Below, in pieces: positions 40,985 to 51,986 of a stretch of 64,000 nucleotides of DNA (position 1 is the stretch's first letter; each line of letters begins with the position of its first letter). The DNA comes from Octopus vulgaris (taxonomy: Eukaryota): the NCBI GenBank assembly GCA_951406725.2, contig OX597834.1, positions 744,001 through 808,000 of the forward strand, given 5' to 3'. The notes below the pieces were generated by a model. That model ran no database searches. It saw nothing but the letters and a program-made list of their open reading frames with translations, and had not been told where the DNA came from. The position numbers and the translations under genes are program-made.

Positions 40985-41459
40985 TGCTTGTAAATTAATA
41001 ATCCGCAGTGAATAATTCTCGAATCGACGATCGACTAAAAGATCGTATTTATTGTCATCAAAGTTCTGGATATTAAATAACTCTAACTCGATATTTATTG
41101 AGAATATCTGATAGCGAAAGTATTAAATGATATCATATAGCAAAGACACGCCTAACGTATATAACAGGGGATAAAAACAGAATTAATGGATATCACATGG
41201 AAGGAAGACATAATTGAACGATAGAGCCGATGAGAGACGTGACGAAGGCATATAACAATGGCAGAACATTCACTGTCGGATATGTGATGTGAATAAAGTA
41301 GAAAGCATAACTACGGTACGTAACGTGGAGTAAAGGATATAACCTATAGGTATCTCACAGGAGGGAAGCACAACTAATCGATGGAATATGGTGGAAAAAC
41401 TCAAAAAATATTTTTTCAGAGAAAGTCGAGACTAAGCGGGGTCAGAACCTGTCGTGTGT

Positions 41460-41652
41460 GTGTGTGTGTGTGTGCTTCACAACCAGAGTTGGTTTATTTA
41501 CGTCTCTGTAACCTGGCAGTTCAGCAAAAACAGACGATAGAATACGTATCAGGCAGAAAAGCAAGCGCTGGGGTCGACTTTATCGACTAAATCCTTAAGG
41601 GCCGTGCCCCAGCATAGTCGCAGTCGAATTGGTTGAAAAATATAAAAGATAA
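41460..41652 (+). mobile_element. SINE family B 3' half (degenerate)
   Basis: ctggggtcgac..cgactaaatccttaagggccgtgccccagcatagtcgcagtc. Confidence 0.65.
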
Positions 41653-41739
41653 TAGAAAACGGTCTTTATTTATATATGTACGTGTGTTCATGCGCGCGCA
41701 CACACACACACAAACACACATTATATATATATATTATAT

Positions 41740-41999
41740 ATTCATTTCATAAATTAAAACAGATTAGGAGATCGAAAATCCACCTGACGAATGTCATTGA
41801 AGACATGAAACGATTGTAGTGGCGGTTTATTTCTTTATATTAAAAATGTTTATGTATTGATTAAGTCTTTCCTTGTTTGATTTGCCTAATAGTGGTTTTG
41901 TCTCGAATTAATATTATATAATATTTTACTATAAAATTGGATTTAATCCTAAATCTGATTTTTTCCCTGTAAATTTGGATTTATTCCCTAATATTTATT

Positions 42000-42003
<4 letters not shown>
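41740..42003 (+). mobile_element. PLE pseudo-LTR-like insert with canonical hammerhead
   Basis: Unique AT-rich sequence between (TA)n runs, containing the motif at 41780-41822. Confidence 0.65.
41780..41822 (+). ncRNA. Minimal type I hammerhead motif, canonical core
   Basis: ccac CTGACGA atgtc attgaa gacat GAAA cgattg TA gtgg. Stems I and II are perfect; GUA site. Confidence 0.88.
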
Positions 42004-42058
<55 letters not shown>

Positions 42059-42066
42059 ACACACAA

Positions 42067-42096
<30 letters not shown>

Positions 42097-42103
<7 letters not shown>

Positions 42104-42648
42104 TAATAAAGGGTTAAAAGCAACAAGTTGCTCAAAACCACATACCGAAAATATTAGAAATAGCAGCCAAAATTGGTCAGTATTTCCTCTACTAGTAAAA
42201 AGTCTCCACAAACAAACAGAATTTGTAAGCTGTATATGGCAAAGAAAGGCAGAAAATAACGAAAACCCAGCCTCTGTTTTTCCCCTAGCATTTCTAGATT
42301 TATAGGAAATATTATATTGACAAGGAAATGAACCTTCGGTTCTAATCCAGAAACGAGTCGTCTATAATTAATCCAGAGGCTGGGTTTTCGTTATTTTCTG
42401 CCTTTCTTTGCCATATACAGCTTACAAATTCTGTTTGTTTGTGGAGACTTTTTACTAGTAGATGAAATACTGACCAATTTTGGCTGCTATTTCTAATATT
42501 TTCGGTATGTGGTTTTGAGCAACTTGTTGCTTTTAACCCTTTATTATAATTATTATTACCTTTACCAAATATGGTCTTTTCCATACCGACAAATCTACTA
42601 GGTGAAATTGATTAATTTTATTAAATTAATTATATTCCACCCTTTATT
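42097..42648. mobile_element. PLE pseudo-LTR-like element with 180-bp inverted repeats enclosing a hammerhead
   Basis: 42097-42276 is the reverse complement of 42374-42553 (one mismatch seen). (TA)n on both sides. Confidence 0.75.
42311..42368 (+). ncRNA. Hammerhead motif, U3-A8 variant
   Basis: attata TTGACAA gga aat gaacc ttc ggttc taa tcc a GAAA cgagtcg TC tataat. 6-bp stem I, GUC site, one extra A before GAAA. Confidence 0.62.
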
Positions 42649-42649
42649 G

Positions 42650-42683
<34 letters not shown>

Positions 42684-42832
42684 CATATATATAAACAAGT
42701 ATATACATATATACATATATATATATTTATATATGTATATATATATATACGTATATATATTTTATATATATATATACATACATACATACATACATACATA
42801 CATACATACATACATACATACATACATACATT

Positions 42833-43180
42833 TGTGACAGACCATGCCTTTCTTTTGCTGAGCTGCTCAAATCTCATTTGCGGACCTATGAGAAACCAAC
42901 CTCCATCACCTACTCTGCCTATCTAGCCTTGCACACCTGTCTATGCCGTGTGGATGCCATAAGGTCTGCAAATCTAACAGAAGCCTCAAAAGACATTTTA
43001 AGATCCACTAAGATCAGAGCTCAACTGGAACTCTTGGTGGTCCAAAGCAGATATCAATTTCTGCAAGTGTCTTTTCAAAACATTGTCTGGTTTAAAAAGC
43101 CAGATCAGACGCCATGATAGATCTAAGATGTAAGCACCAGAGGTGCTCAGACTCTGTTTAAGGAGTACACAACCATCTTA
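42833..43180 (+). pseudogene. Degenerate triple C2H2 zinc-finger remnant, probably the 3' end of an RTE-type LINE
   Basis: Across frameshifts: [57 protein letters not shown]. Confidence 0.55.
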
Positions 43181-43736
43181 TATCTATATTTTCAATTTGT
43201 AAACGGGAAACGTTTTGAATGTGCAAATAAAGCTACTATTCCATTATGCCGGCCACAGTCTAACGATGATGACTGGGGAAGTAGTTTTGGGGGTTGCATC
43301 GATTGGTACCGATATAATGTAGGAATAATATAGTAAGAATAACGGTAATCCTTTGGTGGGATTTATAAACATTTAATGCATCGTGATTTGTGGAAACGCG
43401 CGTAGCAATGCATTAAATGTTTGTAAATGCCATCCAATATATTATTACCATAAATATATATATTTCAATAAAACTAGATCTGCTTTTCTCACATAGGAGG
43501 GAAATATTTCTATCATGTTTCCGTATCAATATTTGAAAATAAACATCCAAAATTATATTTTCATGTAACAAATGCTTTCATATATAACTTTTACTGTAAA
43601 AATATGAGAGTATGTTTTCCCAAGGTGAGTTTATGTAAACGTTGGGCCATGTGGAAACATAAATTTATATATTTATTCTCATATACAGAGGTAAGTATAC
43701 TGAGAATTCGATGCCAAACAATAAAACTCATTTTAT

Positions 43737-43777
<41 letters not shown>

Positions 43778-43809
43778 TCGAAACTGAGTGCATTTTCAAT
43801 TTATTCTCC

Positions 43810-44222
43810 TTCTTCGAATGCCTGACACACGAATACTCAAAGGAATCCTTTTGCAGTGAATTTGCAGAAGGCAGGTGAACACAAGATAAGCTGGAAAAGT
43901 GCTTCAAAGATACACTCAAAGCCTCACTAAAGGACTTCCAAATCCACCCCCAACAGCTAGGAGACGCAAGCACAGTGTCGCGTTCCCTAGCAAAGCTAGA
44001 CCAAAAGTGGTGCTTCCTCCTACGAACAGAATACGATCGCAAAAAGAAAACGTGGGCTGCACAAGTCCAGAGGTAACTTGTTGCCTTCATTCCCAGCAGA
44101 CCCCCACCGTCCGATCTGTGGCAGAATCTTCCGCGAACACATCGGCAACACCCAGTCGAACAGCGACCCATTTTCTTCTGCCAAATGATGCCATGGCCAT
44201 TGTCGACAACGACAGACGAACA
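43810..44222 (+). mobile_element. Degenerate RTE-clade LINE 3' end
   Basis: Across frameshifts: RMPDTRILK..SEFAEGR..KCFKDTLKASLKDFQI..YEQ..KRKR..PICGRIFREHIG, typical of the RTE ORF C-terminus. Confidence 0.75.
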
Positions 44223-44223
44223 T

Positions 44224-44330
44224 AAAGCGGCTAGCTGGCAGAATCGTTAGCACGCCGGGCAAGATGCTTAGCGATGTTTCGTAGCGACGGGTGGAGTTCA
44301 AATTCCGTCGAGGTCAACCTTGCCCTAATC
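44224..44330 (+). mobile_element. SINE family A 5' part
   Basis: gcggctagctggcagaatcgttagcacgccgggcaagatgcttagcg..gagttcaaattccgtcgaggtcaac. Confidence 0.8.
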
Positions 44331-44712
44331 CTTAGTTGTAAACTTTATTCCCTATAATTTAACATTTAACTCGTTTTTTTTCCATTCACGCTCACTTACA
44401 CATTCACCCTTTATGTGACTCATACCCCCCTAGATAGAAATATTTCTATAGCCACTCACCTTAGCCACAAAACGGACACAAACACTTATTACTTGACTTC
44501 CTGCCCTAACCCCTGGCATCGTCTTTATATCCTCTTTGAATCCCTTTCATTTTATATTACTTTATTTTATTATACTTTATGTCTGACATTTGGTGAAACA
44601 GTGAGTTTGATGTCGCTACACTCATTCGCAACTATTGCCGCGAAATAGGTTAATCTGGGACAGGAAGACGTCCAGTTTTATATATATATATATGTATATA
44701 TATATGTATATA

Positions 44713-44755
<43 letters not shown>

Positions 44756-44952
44756 ATGTCAGTTCGCCACATGAAAGTGATTGTTCCATGTTACGACTAG
44801 TTTAACCCCAGGCAGATCTTCCACCGTCTGGTTACTTTGATGTGCAGACAGGCTTTAGTTTTTAGTATAATTACTACTCTGATCTCTTGTGATTTTACAA
44901 TTAGCTATTTTGCTTATGTATATGTGCACAAATATATATGTATACACACATA

Positions 44953-45119
<167 letters not shown>

Positions 45120-45457
45120 GCACGTGATTGTGTGTGAAAAGAAATCAACTCTATCATTTATCCAAGTTTAACAAATATATTTATATAAGCTATCTCTCTT
45201 GAACAAATTACAGTTTATTATGAATTAGTCTTAATTACAGTCCTGTTATGATAATGAGTTAATTACTGATAATTAATAAGTTTTAAGTACGGTATACAAA
45301 TGTAAAATAATTTCTTGCTTAATTCGACTTTTGTTTCGAATTAGGAAGTCTTGAAGGAGGCGGTGAGATATTCTGAAGTCCAGTTGATGTGGTCCGGAGA
45401 AATATCTGTGGCGATGTCCTAAGAGTCCCGGAATAAGATCATTCACACACACACACC

Positions 45458-45519
<62 letters not shown>

Positions 45520-45944
45520 ATACACACACACACACACAAACATATATATATATTTTACATACTTAGTTACTTAAATACGTTTCAGCCAGAACTGGAGGAA
45601 AATGTCCTCGTGGAGGGCATCTGCTTCGTCCTGTTCTCCAAACTTCTACGTAGATGTTATATTTGGGCGAGGTGTGGAAAAACATTTGAAAAAATATCTT
45701 TTGCAGAGTAATTACATATAAAAACTGGAGATGGACATTTTTTTGGTAGTGTCTATTTCCCATTACACGTGTTTCATTTGCTAATAAGATTTACAAAATT
45801 TTCTATGTAGGAAAAACATGTAAAATATCTCCTAGGTTACTTGATTCTATGTCTAAAGAATTTCTAATAAGCAGGTAAGGGAATATCCAGGTAATCCTTG
45901 TCTCTGTACCATTCAGATATTTCAACGTCTTTGGCGAGATTGAT

Positions 45945-46044
45945 NNNNNNNNNNNNNNNNNNNNNNNNNNNNNNNNNNNNNNNNNNNNNNNNNNNNNNNN
46001 NNNNNNNNNNNNNNNNNNNNNNNNNNNNNNNNNNNNNNNNNNNN
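45945..46044. other. Assembly gap (100 N)
   Basis: Run of N. Confidence 0.99.
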
Positions 46045-46152
46045 TGAAGAGGCCGTGGGGCATCCTTGTTAATGCCTCATTTATACCTGCCTTTATGGCT
46101 TAGAGGTTAAATGAGGTATGACTGCCCCTCACTGCCGAAACAGCTGTCAGTT
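46045..46152 (+). ncRNA. Hammerhead motif with very long branched stem II; 5' end lost in the gap
   Basis: [N]TGAAGA ggc-cgtggggca..cctcattta..taaatgagg..tgcccctcact-gcc GAAA cagctg TC agtt. Palindromic stem III, GUC site. Confidence 0.7.
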
Positions 46153-46340
46153 TTGATTTAATTGCATATTATATTTGAAATTTTTTACTTATATCTCTTT
46201 ATCTTTTTACTATTACTGTATATCTCATTTTGTATAATACCTTTACTCATATGTAATGGTGTATTAAAGTATTGATTGGGTATCATCGGATAGTTGATGT
46301 TTTATTGATTTAAGTATGTTTCTCCATTTCTCTAATTTTG

Positions 46341-46420
<80 letters not shown>

Positions 46421-46507
46421 ATTGATTGATTGATTGATTCTAGTTTCAGCTTATGAGCTGTGGCCATGCTGGGGCACCGCCATTTGGTGTTGCTACTTGG
46501 TTTCACT

Positions 46508-48859
46508 TCATGGAGGCTTTCTAGCAACTGCTATTTGGTGCATGAGAGAGTTCGATGCAGCTGCCCTCATCTGCCCCTCCTGCCGTGAAGTTGGTTCATC
46601 TGGGACACCTGACAGGAAGAGATCCAGCTTCATTTTAAAGACATCTGTATCCACCCCATGCAGGTCTCTCAGGTTCTTCGGGAGGATATTGAAGAGCTGT
46701 GGGCCTCGGAAGCCCAGGCTATCACAGAATCTTGTCCTACATCTTGATGGCAGGTTTGGAGTCCTAGGCACCACGCAGTGGCGCCCAGTTCTGGCATTTG
46801 CGTAACTCTCGATGCCAAAGTTCAGGACACTTCCCTCCAGGATCTTCCAGATGTATATTATGGCATATCTTTCCCGCCTACGCTCCAGGGAATATAATTT
46901 TAATCTCTTGAGTCTTTCCCAGTAGCTTACATTCTGCATAGAGGCTATCTTCTTTGTGTAGCTTTGTTGGATCGCCTCAAGTTCTGTGATCAACTTGACA
47001 CTGGATGGTGACCATAGCTGAGAGCAATAGTCAAAGTGGCTTAGGACAAGTGTCTTCCAGAGGACCATCATGGTTTCTTGTTCTCTTGTTCTAAAGGTTC
47101 TAAGAATCCATCCAGCCAGCCGTCTACATTTCATTGTCAGTTTAGCAACATGTACATGAAAGGTCGCGTCATCACTCATGTGAATACCCAGGTCACGCAC
47201 TGATTGTGCCTCTGGGATTGCAATCCCTCCGGGTCCAGTGTATTCATTGGGTATTGCATTCAGTTTTGCATGCTGATAGTATAAAGCTTGAAACTTTCCA
47301 GCATTGAACTGCATGCTATTCTTTTCAGCCCACTTGTATATTTCGTCCAGCTCACATTGCAGGTGTTTAGTGTCCTCAGGGTTCTGTATTGCCTGTGAAA
47401 CTTTTGTATCATCTGCATAACTTGTGATCGTGGCTCTCTGCGTGGCTGAGGGCATGTCTGAGAGGGCCATTATGAACAGTAGTGGTCCCAGAACAGTGCC
47501 CTGCGGAACACCGCTCACTATTTGTGTGTTAATGGAGGTGGCCCCATTGGCTACTACCACCTGACTTCTATCCTTCAGAAAGTCATGAAGCCATTCTCCC
47601 AGTTTTCCAACTATGTTGAGATCACGCAGTTTGTGACATATCATTCCATGATCGACTTTATCAAAGGCCTTTGCAAAGTCGAGATATATCACTTCCACAT
47701 TTGAGTGGTTGAGCAGCCGTTTCAGCACCCAGTCATAGTGTTGTAGGAGCTGAGTTAAACAGCTTCTCCCTGGTCGGAAACCATGTTGGGTGTCGGGCAG
47801 CAAGTCATTCTCTTCAAGGAAGGTGATCAGCTTCCTTCTGACTATTCGTTCCATGACCTTGCTGATGTGTGAGGTCAGAGAGATAGGTCTATAGTTCTTG
47901 GCTTCCGCTCTGCTACCTCCTTTATGAATGGGGCATATTTTACCTTCCTTCAGTTTTCCTGGAAGTTTGCCAGCTGCAAGGAAGCTCTGAAAGAGGAACT
48001 GCAGTGGTCTTGCTAGGACTCTCTTACATGCTTTTAGGAGGATTGCCGGGAATCCATCGGGGCCAGTAGCTGAGTCTGTTTTCATTTCATCTATAGCCTT
48101 GGTTACATCGTCTTCCTTTATATCGATGTAATCTATCGTCGCCGCCTCTGATTTTATATCTGCAGTGGTAAAAAAGTCAGTTGGATTGGTGATTTGGAGA
48201 TGCCCAAGGGGTGGAGTGAAAACACTCTTGAATTGCTCATTCAGTATTTCACTTACCCTCATTGGTTTTCCTGTAAGTGTGCCATCCTTTTCAAGGAGTG
48301 GCCCTATTCTACAGTGCACTGTAGCTGTTTCTTTGGCATACCTGTAGAAAGCTCTGGGGTTAGATTTTATGTTTTCTATAGCCCAGGCTTCTTTGTCTGC
48401 TCTTTCTTTTTCATGGGAGAGTTGCAGACATTTTTCGATTTCCAACAGTTTTATTTTTAGGCGGGACTTTTCACTGCTTTCAATCTGTTTGTTTAGGCGA
48501 TTTGAAAATTTCGTACGCCGTCTCATTAAAATTTTCCTCTCTCTGGGGATTTTGTTCTTGTGTACAGTGGCCTTTCTCTCTGGGACACATTTGTAGCATA
48601 TGGCTTGCATTACAGACATGAATTGTTGAAGTTTCACGTCGATGTCTGGCGAGGAGAGACATTCAGGCCAGTTTTGTTTGAGGATCTCTTTCTCAATTTG
48701 TTTCCAGTTTGCCTTATGGTAGTTCAAGCTGGAAAGATTTTGAGGGTTTCTTGTAGGCTGCATGTCCGTGCTCTCTTTTGGCCCGTACATGGTCAGCTCT
48801 ACCATGTTGTGATCCGAGAGTAGTGTCGGTGTCACTTTCACATTATGGATGAGATCCAT
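46508..48859 (-). CDS. LINE ORF2 reverse transcriptase portion (783 aa)
   Basis: SDH (end of APE), NYRPISLTS, QHGFRPGRSC, YLDFAKAFDKVDH, SGVPQGTVLGPLLF, YADDTK, RDLG, SLERRR, LFN.LP. Confidence 0.93.
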   Translation of the reverse strand: MDLIHNVKVTPTLLSDHNMVELTMYGPKESTDMQPTRNPQNLSSLNYHKANWKQIEKEILKQNWPECLSSPDIDVKLQQFMSVMQAICYKCVPERKATVHKNKIPRERKILMRRRTKFSNRLNKQIESSEKSRLKIKLLEIEKCLQLSHEKERADKEAWAIENIKSNPRAFYRYAKETATVHCRIGPLLEKDGTLTGKPMRVSEILNEQFKSVFTPPLGHLQITNPTDFFTTADIKSEAATIDYIDIKEDDVTKAIDEMKTDSATGPDGFPAILLKACKRVLARPLQFLFQSFLAAGKLPGKLKEGKICPIHKGGSRAEAKNYRPISLTSHISKVMERIVRRKLITFLEENDLLPDTQHGFRPGRSCLTQLLQHYDWVLKRLLNHSNVEVIYLDFAKAFDKVDHGMICHKLRDLNIVGKLGEWLHDFLKDRSQVVVANGATSINTQIVSGVPQGTVLGPLLFIMALSDMPSATQRATITSYADDTKVSQAIQNPEDTKHLQCELDEIYKWAEKNSMQFNAGKFQALYYQHAKLNAIPNEYTGPGGIAIPEAQSVRDLGIHMSDDATFHVHVAKLTMKCRRLAGWILRTFRTREQETMMVLWKTLVLSHFDYCSQLWSPSSVKLITELEAIQQSYTKKIASMQNVSYWERLKRLKLYSLERRRERYAIIYIWKILEGSVLNFGIESYANARTGRHCVVPRTPNLPSRCRTRFCDSLGFRGPQLFNILPKNLRDLHGVDTDVFKMKLDLFLSGVPDEPTSRQEGQMRAAASNSLMHQIAVARKPP

Positions 48860-49614
48860 GTCATTTGTGAAGCAGAGATCCAGTGTGTTACCTGCCTGGT
48901 TGGTTGGAGTATTACCTGCTCCATGTACAGGGTGTTGATGAGGTTCAGGAGGGACCTCGCCTGTCCTCGTTCACATCTTGTCATTCCTGGGAGAGAAAGG
49001 CCCTCGGGCCATCTGACATTGGGCAGATTGAAGTCTCCCATAAGAAGCACACCTATGTGTTGTTCTAATGTGGTTAGAATTTCTTCTATTTTTATAAGGC
49101 AGTCTTCGAACTTGCCCACATGGCTTGGGGCATCTGGAGGGCGATATGTAGCACACACAACTACATCAAGTTGCCTAATATGTACAATTAGTGTGTCACA
49201 CACCGAGTTTGAGTATGACAAGAGGACCTGGGGTGTGAGGTCCCCACGGATGTACATAGCAACACCTCCATGACTCCTTTCTTTCCTGTCGGTCCGTAGT
49301 ACAGCATACTGTGGTATGTGTAACTCCGCATCTGCTATGTCCGGTTTCAGGTGCGTTTCTGTAAGTGCTATGCATAAGGCTTGATTGCATGCAACAAAGT
49401 CTCTCAGGAACGGGATCTTTGTCCTGTTACTGAGTGTTTGCAGTCCTCTGATGTTCAGTAGGAGTATCGAGGTGAGGTGTACGTTGTTGTTGCCGGCGGT
49501 GTCCATCCTGTGTCTGTTTGCTGTGGTGGTCTGGTATATAGTGGGTAGTCCCACCTGCGGGCTTGGGTTTGATGAAGCCAGGTCAGCTGCTGTACGATCT
49601 TTTGTGCCATGCAC
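48838..49614 (-). CDS. LINE ORF2 apurinic-like endonuclease portion, frameshifted from the RT part
   Basis: [42 protein letters not shown]. The true start is uncertain. Confidence 0.9.
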   Translation of the reverse strand: MHGTKDRTAADLASSNPSPQVGLPTIYQTTTANRHRMDTAGNNNVHLTSILLLNIRGLQTLSNRTKIPFLRDFVACNQALCIALTETHLKPDIADAELHIPQYAVLRTDRKERSHGGVAMYIRGDLTPQVLLSYSNSVCDTLIVHIRQLDVVVCATYRPPDAPSHVGKFEDCLIKIEEILTTLEQHIGVLLMGDFNLPNVRWPEGLSLPGMTRCERGQARSLLNLINTLYMEQVILQPTRQVTHWISASQMTWISSIM

Positions 49615-49700
49615 AAAAAAGATTGTTGCTCAGCAGCTGCTCTTTCGACAACATCATGTTGGCTGTTTGTGGTGCGCACAACATCTGCAGGTGGTGCGTA

Positions 49701-51116
<1,416 letters not shown>

Positions 51117-51244
51117 TCACATATCTGTTGTATATATGTTATGTTATTTTGTTGAATTTTATATATGCTGCTTAATATAAAGCATATTACTCTACCATAT
51201 ATGTATAGTATATTTTTACCTATGTATCACATTATATGTATATT

Positions 51245-51313
<69 letters not shown>

Positions 51314-51317
<4 letters not shown>

Positions 51318-51910
51318 TAATAAAGAATTCCAACCTTGTCTGATTTTCACGTTTTATTTACAATCTTATAATGATATATTATAAGATAATATATTATAAT
51401 TGAATAAAATAAAATGAAATAGTAGAATGTTAAATATTCATTCTGATTGAACTAGTACTTTCATGCATTGAATTCTGCAATCTTCGGGTTCATGTAGTAG
51501 TGGTGACAGTCATGCTTCACAATTTTTGACTGTAGCAAGATGATTGATTCTGTGCTATAAATACAGCTGGGTAGGCTCCAGAGTGCTAGGTTTTGCAAAC
51601 TGTATTCTGACCAATCAGTGTGTAGTATCACTCAATTACTTAAGCTGATTGGTTGGTTGAGCTGATTGGTTTAGGCATCACGCTTTGTTGGACATGTCAA
51701 GAGTCCTGTATCTTGACCCTGGCCGAAGCAGCAATTGTTGGGTTATTTTTAGAAATGTTGTAAATATCCTTTGTCAGAGATTTTTATATTTTTATATTTC
51801 AATTGTCATCATCATCATTGTCAGCACCTTAATTATTGTTGCTAGTGGTGATGGTGGTGGCAATAGAACTTTTAACCCTAAATAAGATAATTTTCCTGCT
51901 ATCTTCATCT
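51314..51910 (-). repeat. 3' pseudo-LTR of the PLE
   Basis: Near-identical to 55585-56170 and to the reverse complement of ~57365-57962. Confidence 0.92.
51448..51492 (-). ncRNA. Minimal hammerhead in pLTR, U4C variant
   Basis: Minus strand: tgaac CCGAAGA t tgca gaattcaa tgca t GAAA gtac TA gttca. Confidence 0.82.
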
Positions 51911-51986
51911 TGATCACCTTTAGTATTGTTGTTGTTGTTAGTGGTCATGGTCGTAGCAGTGGAAGTAATACCTCTAAGTATTATTA

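Larger units (their letters stand above)
46417..49700 (-). mobile_element. CR1/L2-group LINE, 5'-truncated, near-complete ORF2, (AATC)n tail, inserted in (TA)n
   Basis: APE + RT ORFs listed below, short 3' UTR with stem-loop, (TTGA)n at 46417-46438 on the plus strand. Confidence 0.92.

Noticed and set aside
44575-44665. Possible hammerhead (ctgacat..gcgaaataggtta..ggaca)
   Set aside because: The core is not 3-8 complementary and the stems cannot be assigned; at most a decayed pLTR.
45563-45640. Possible minus-strand hammerhead (ggacga agc..gct gaaa cgta tt)
   Set aside because: No stem I partner, and the 5' core is non-canonical.
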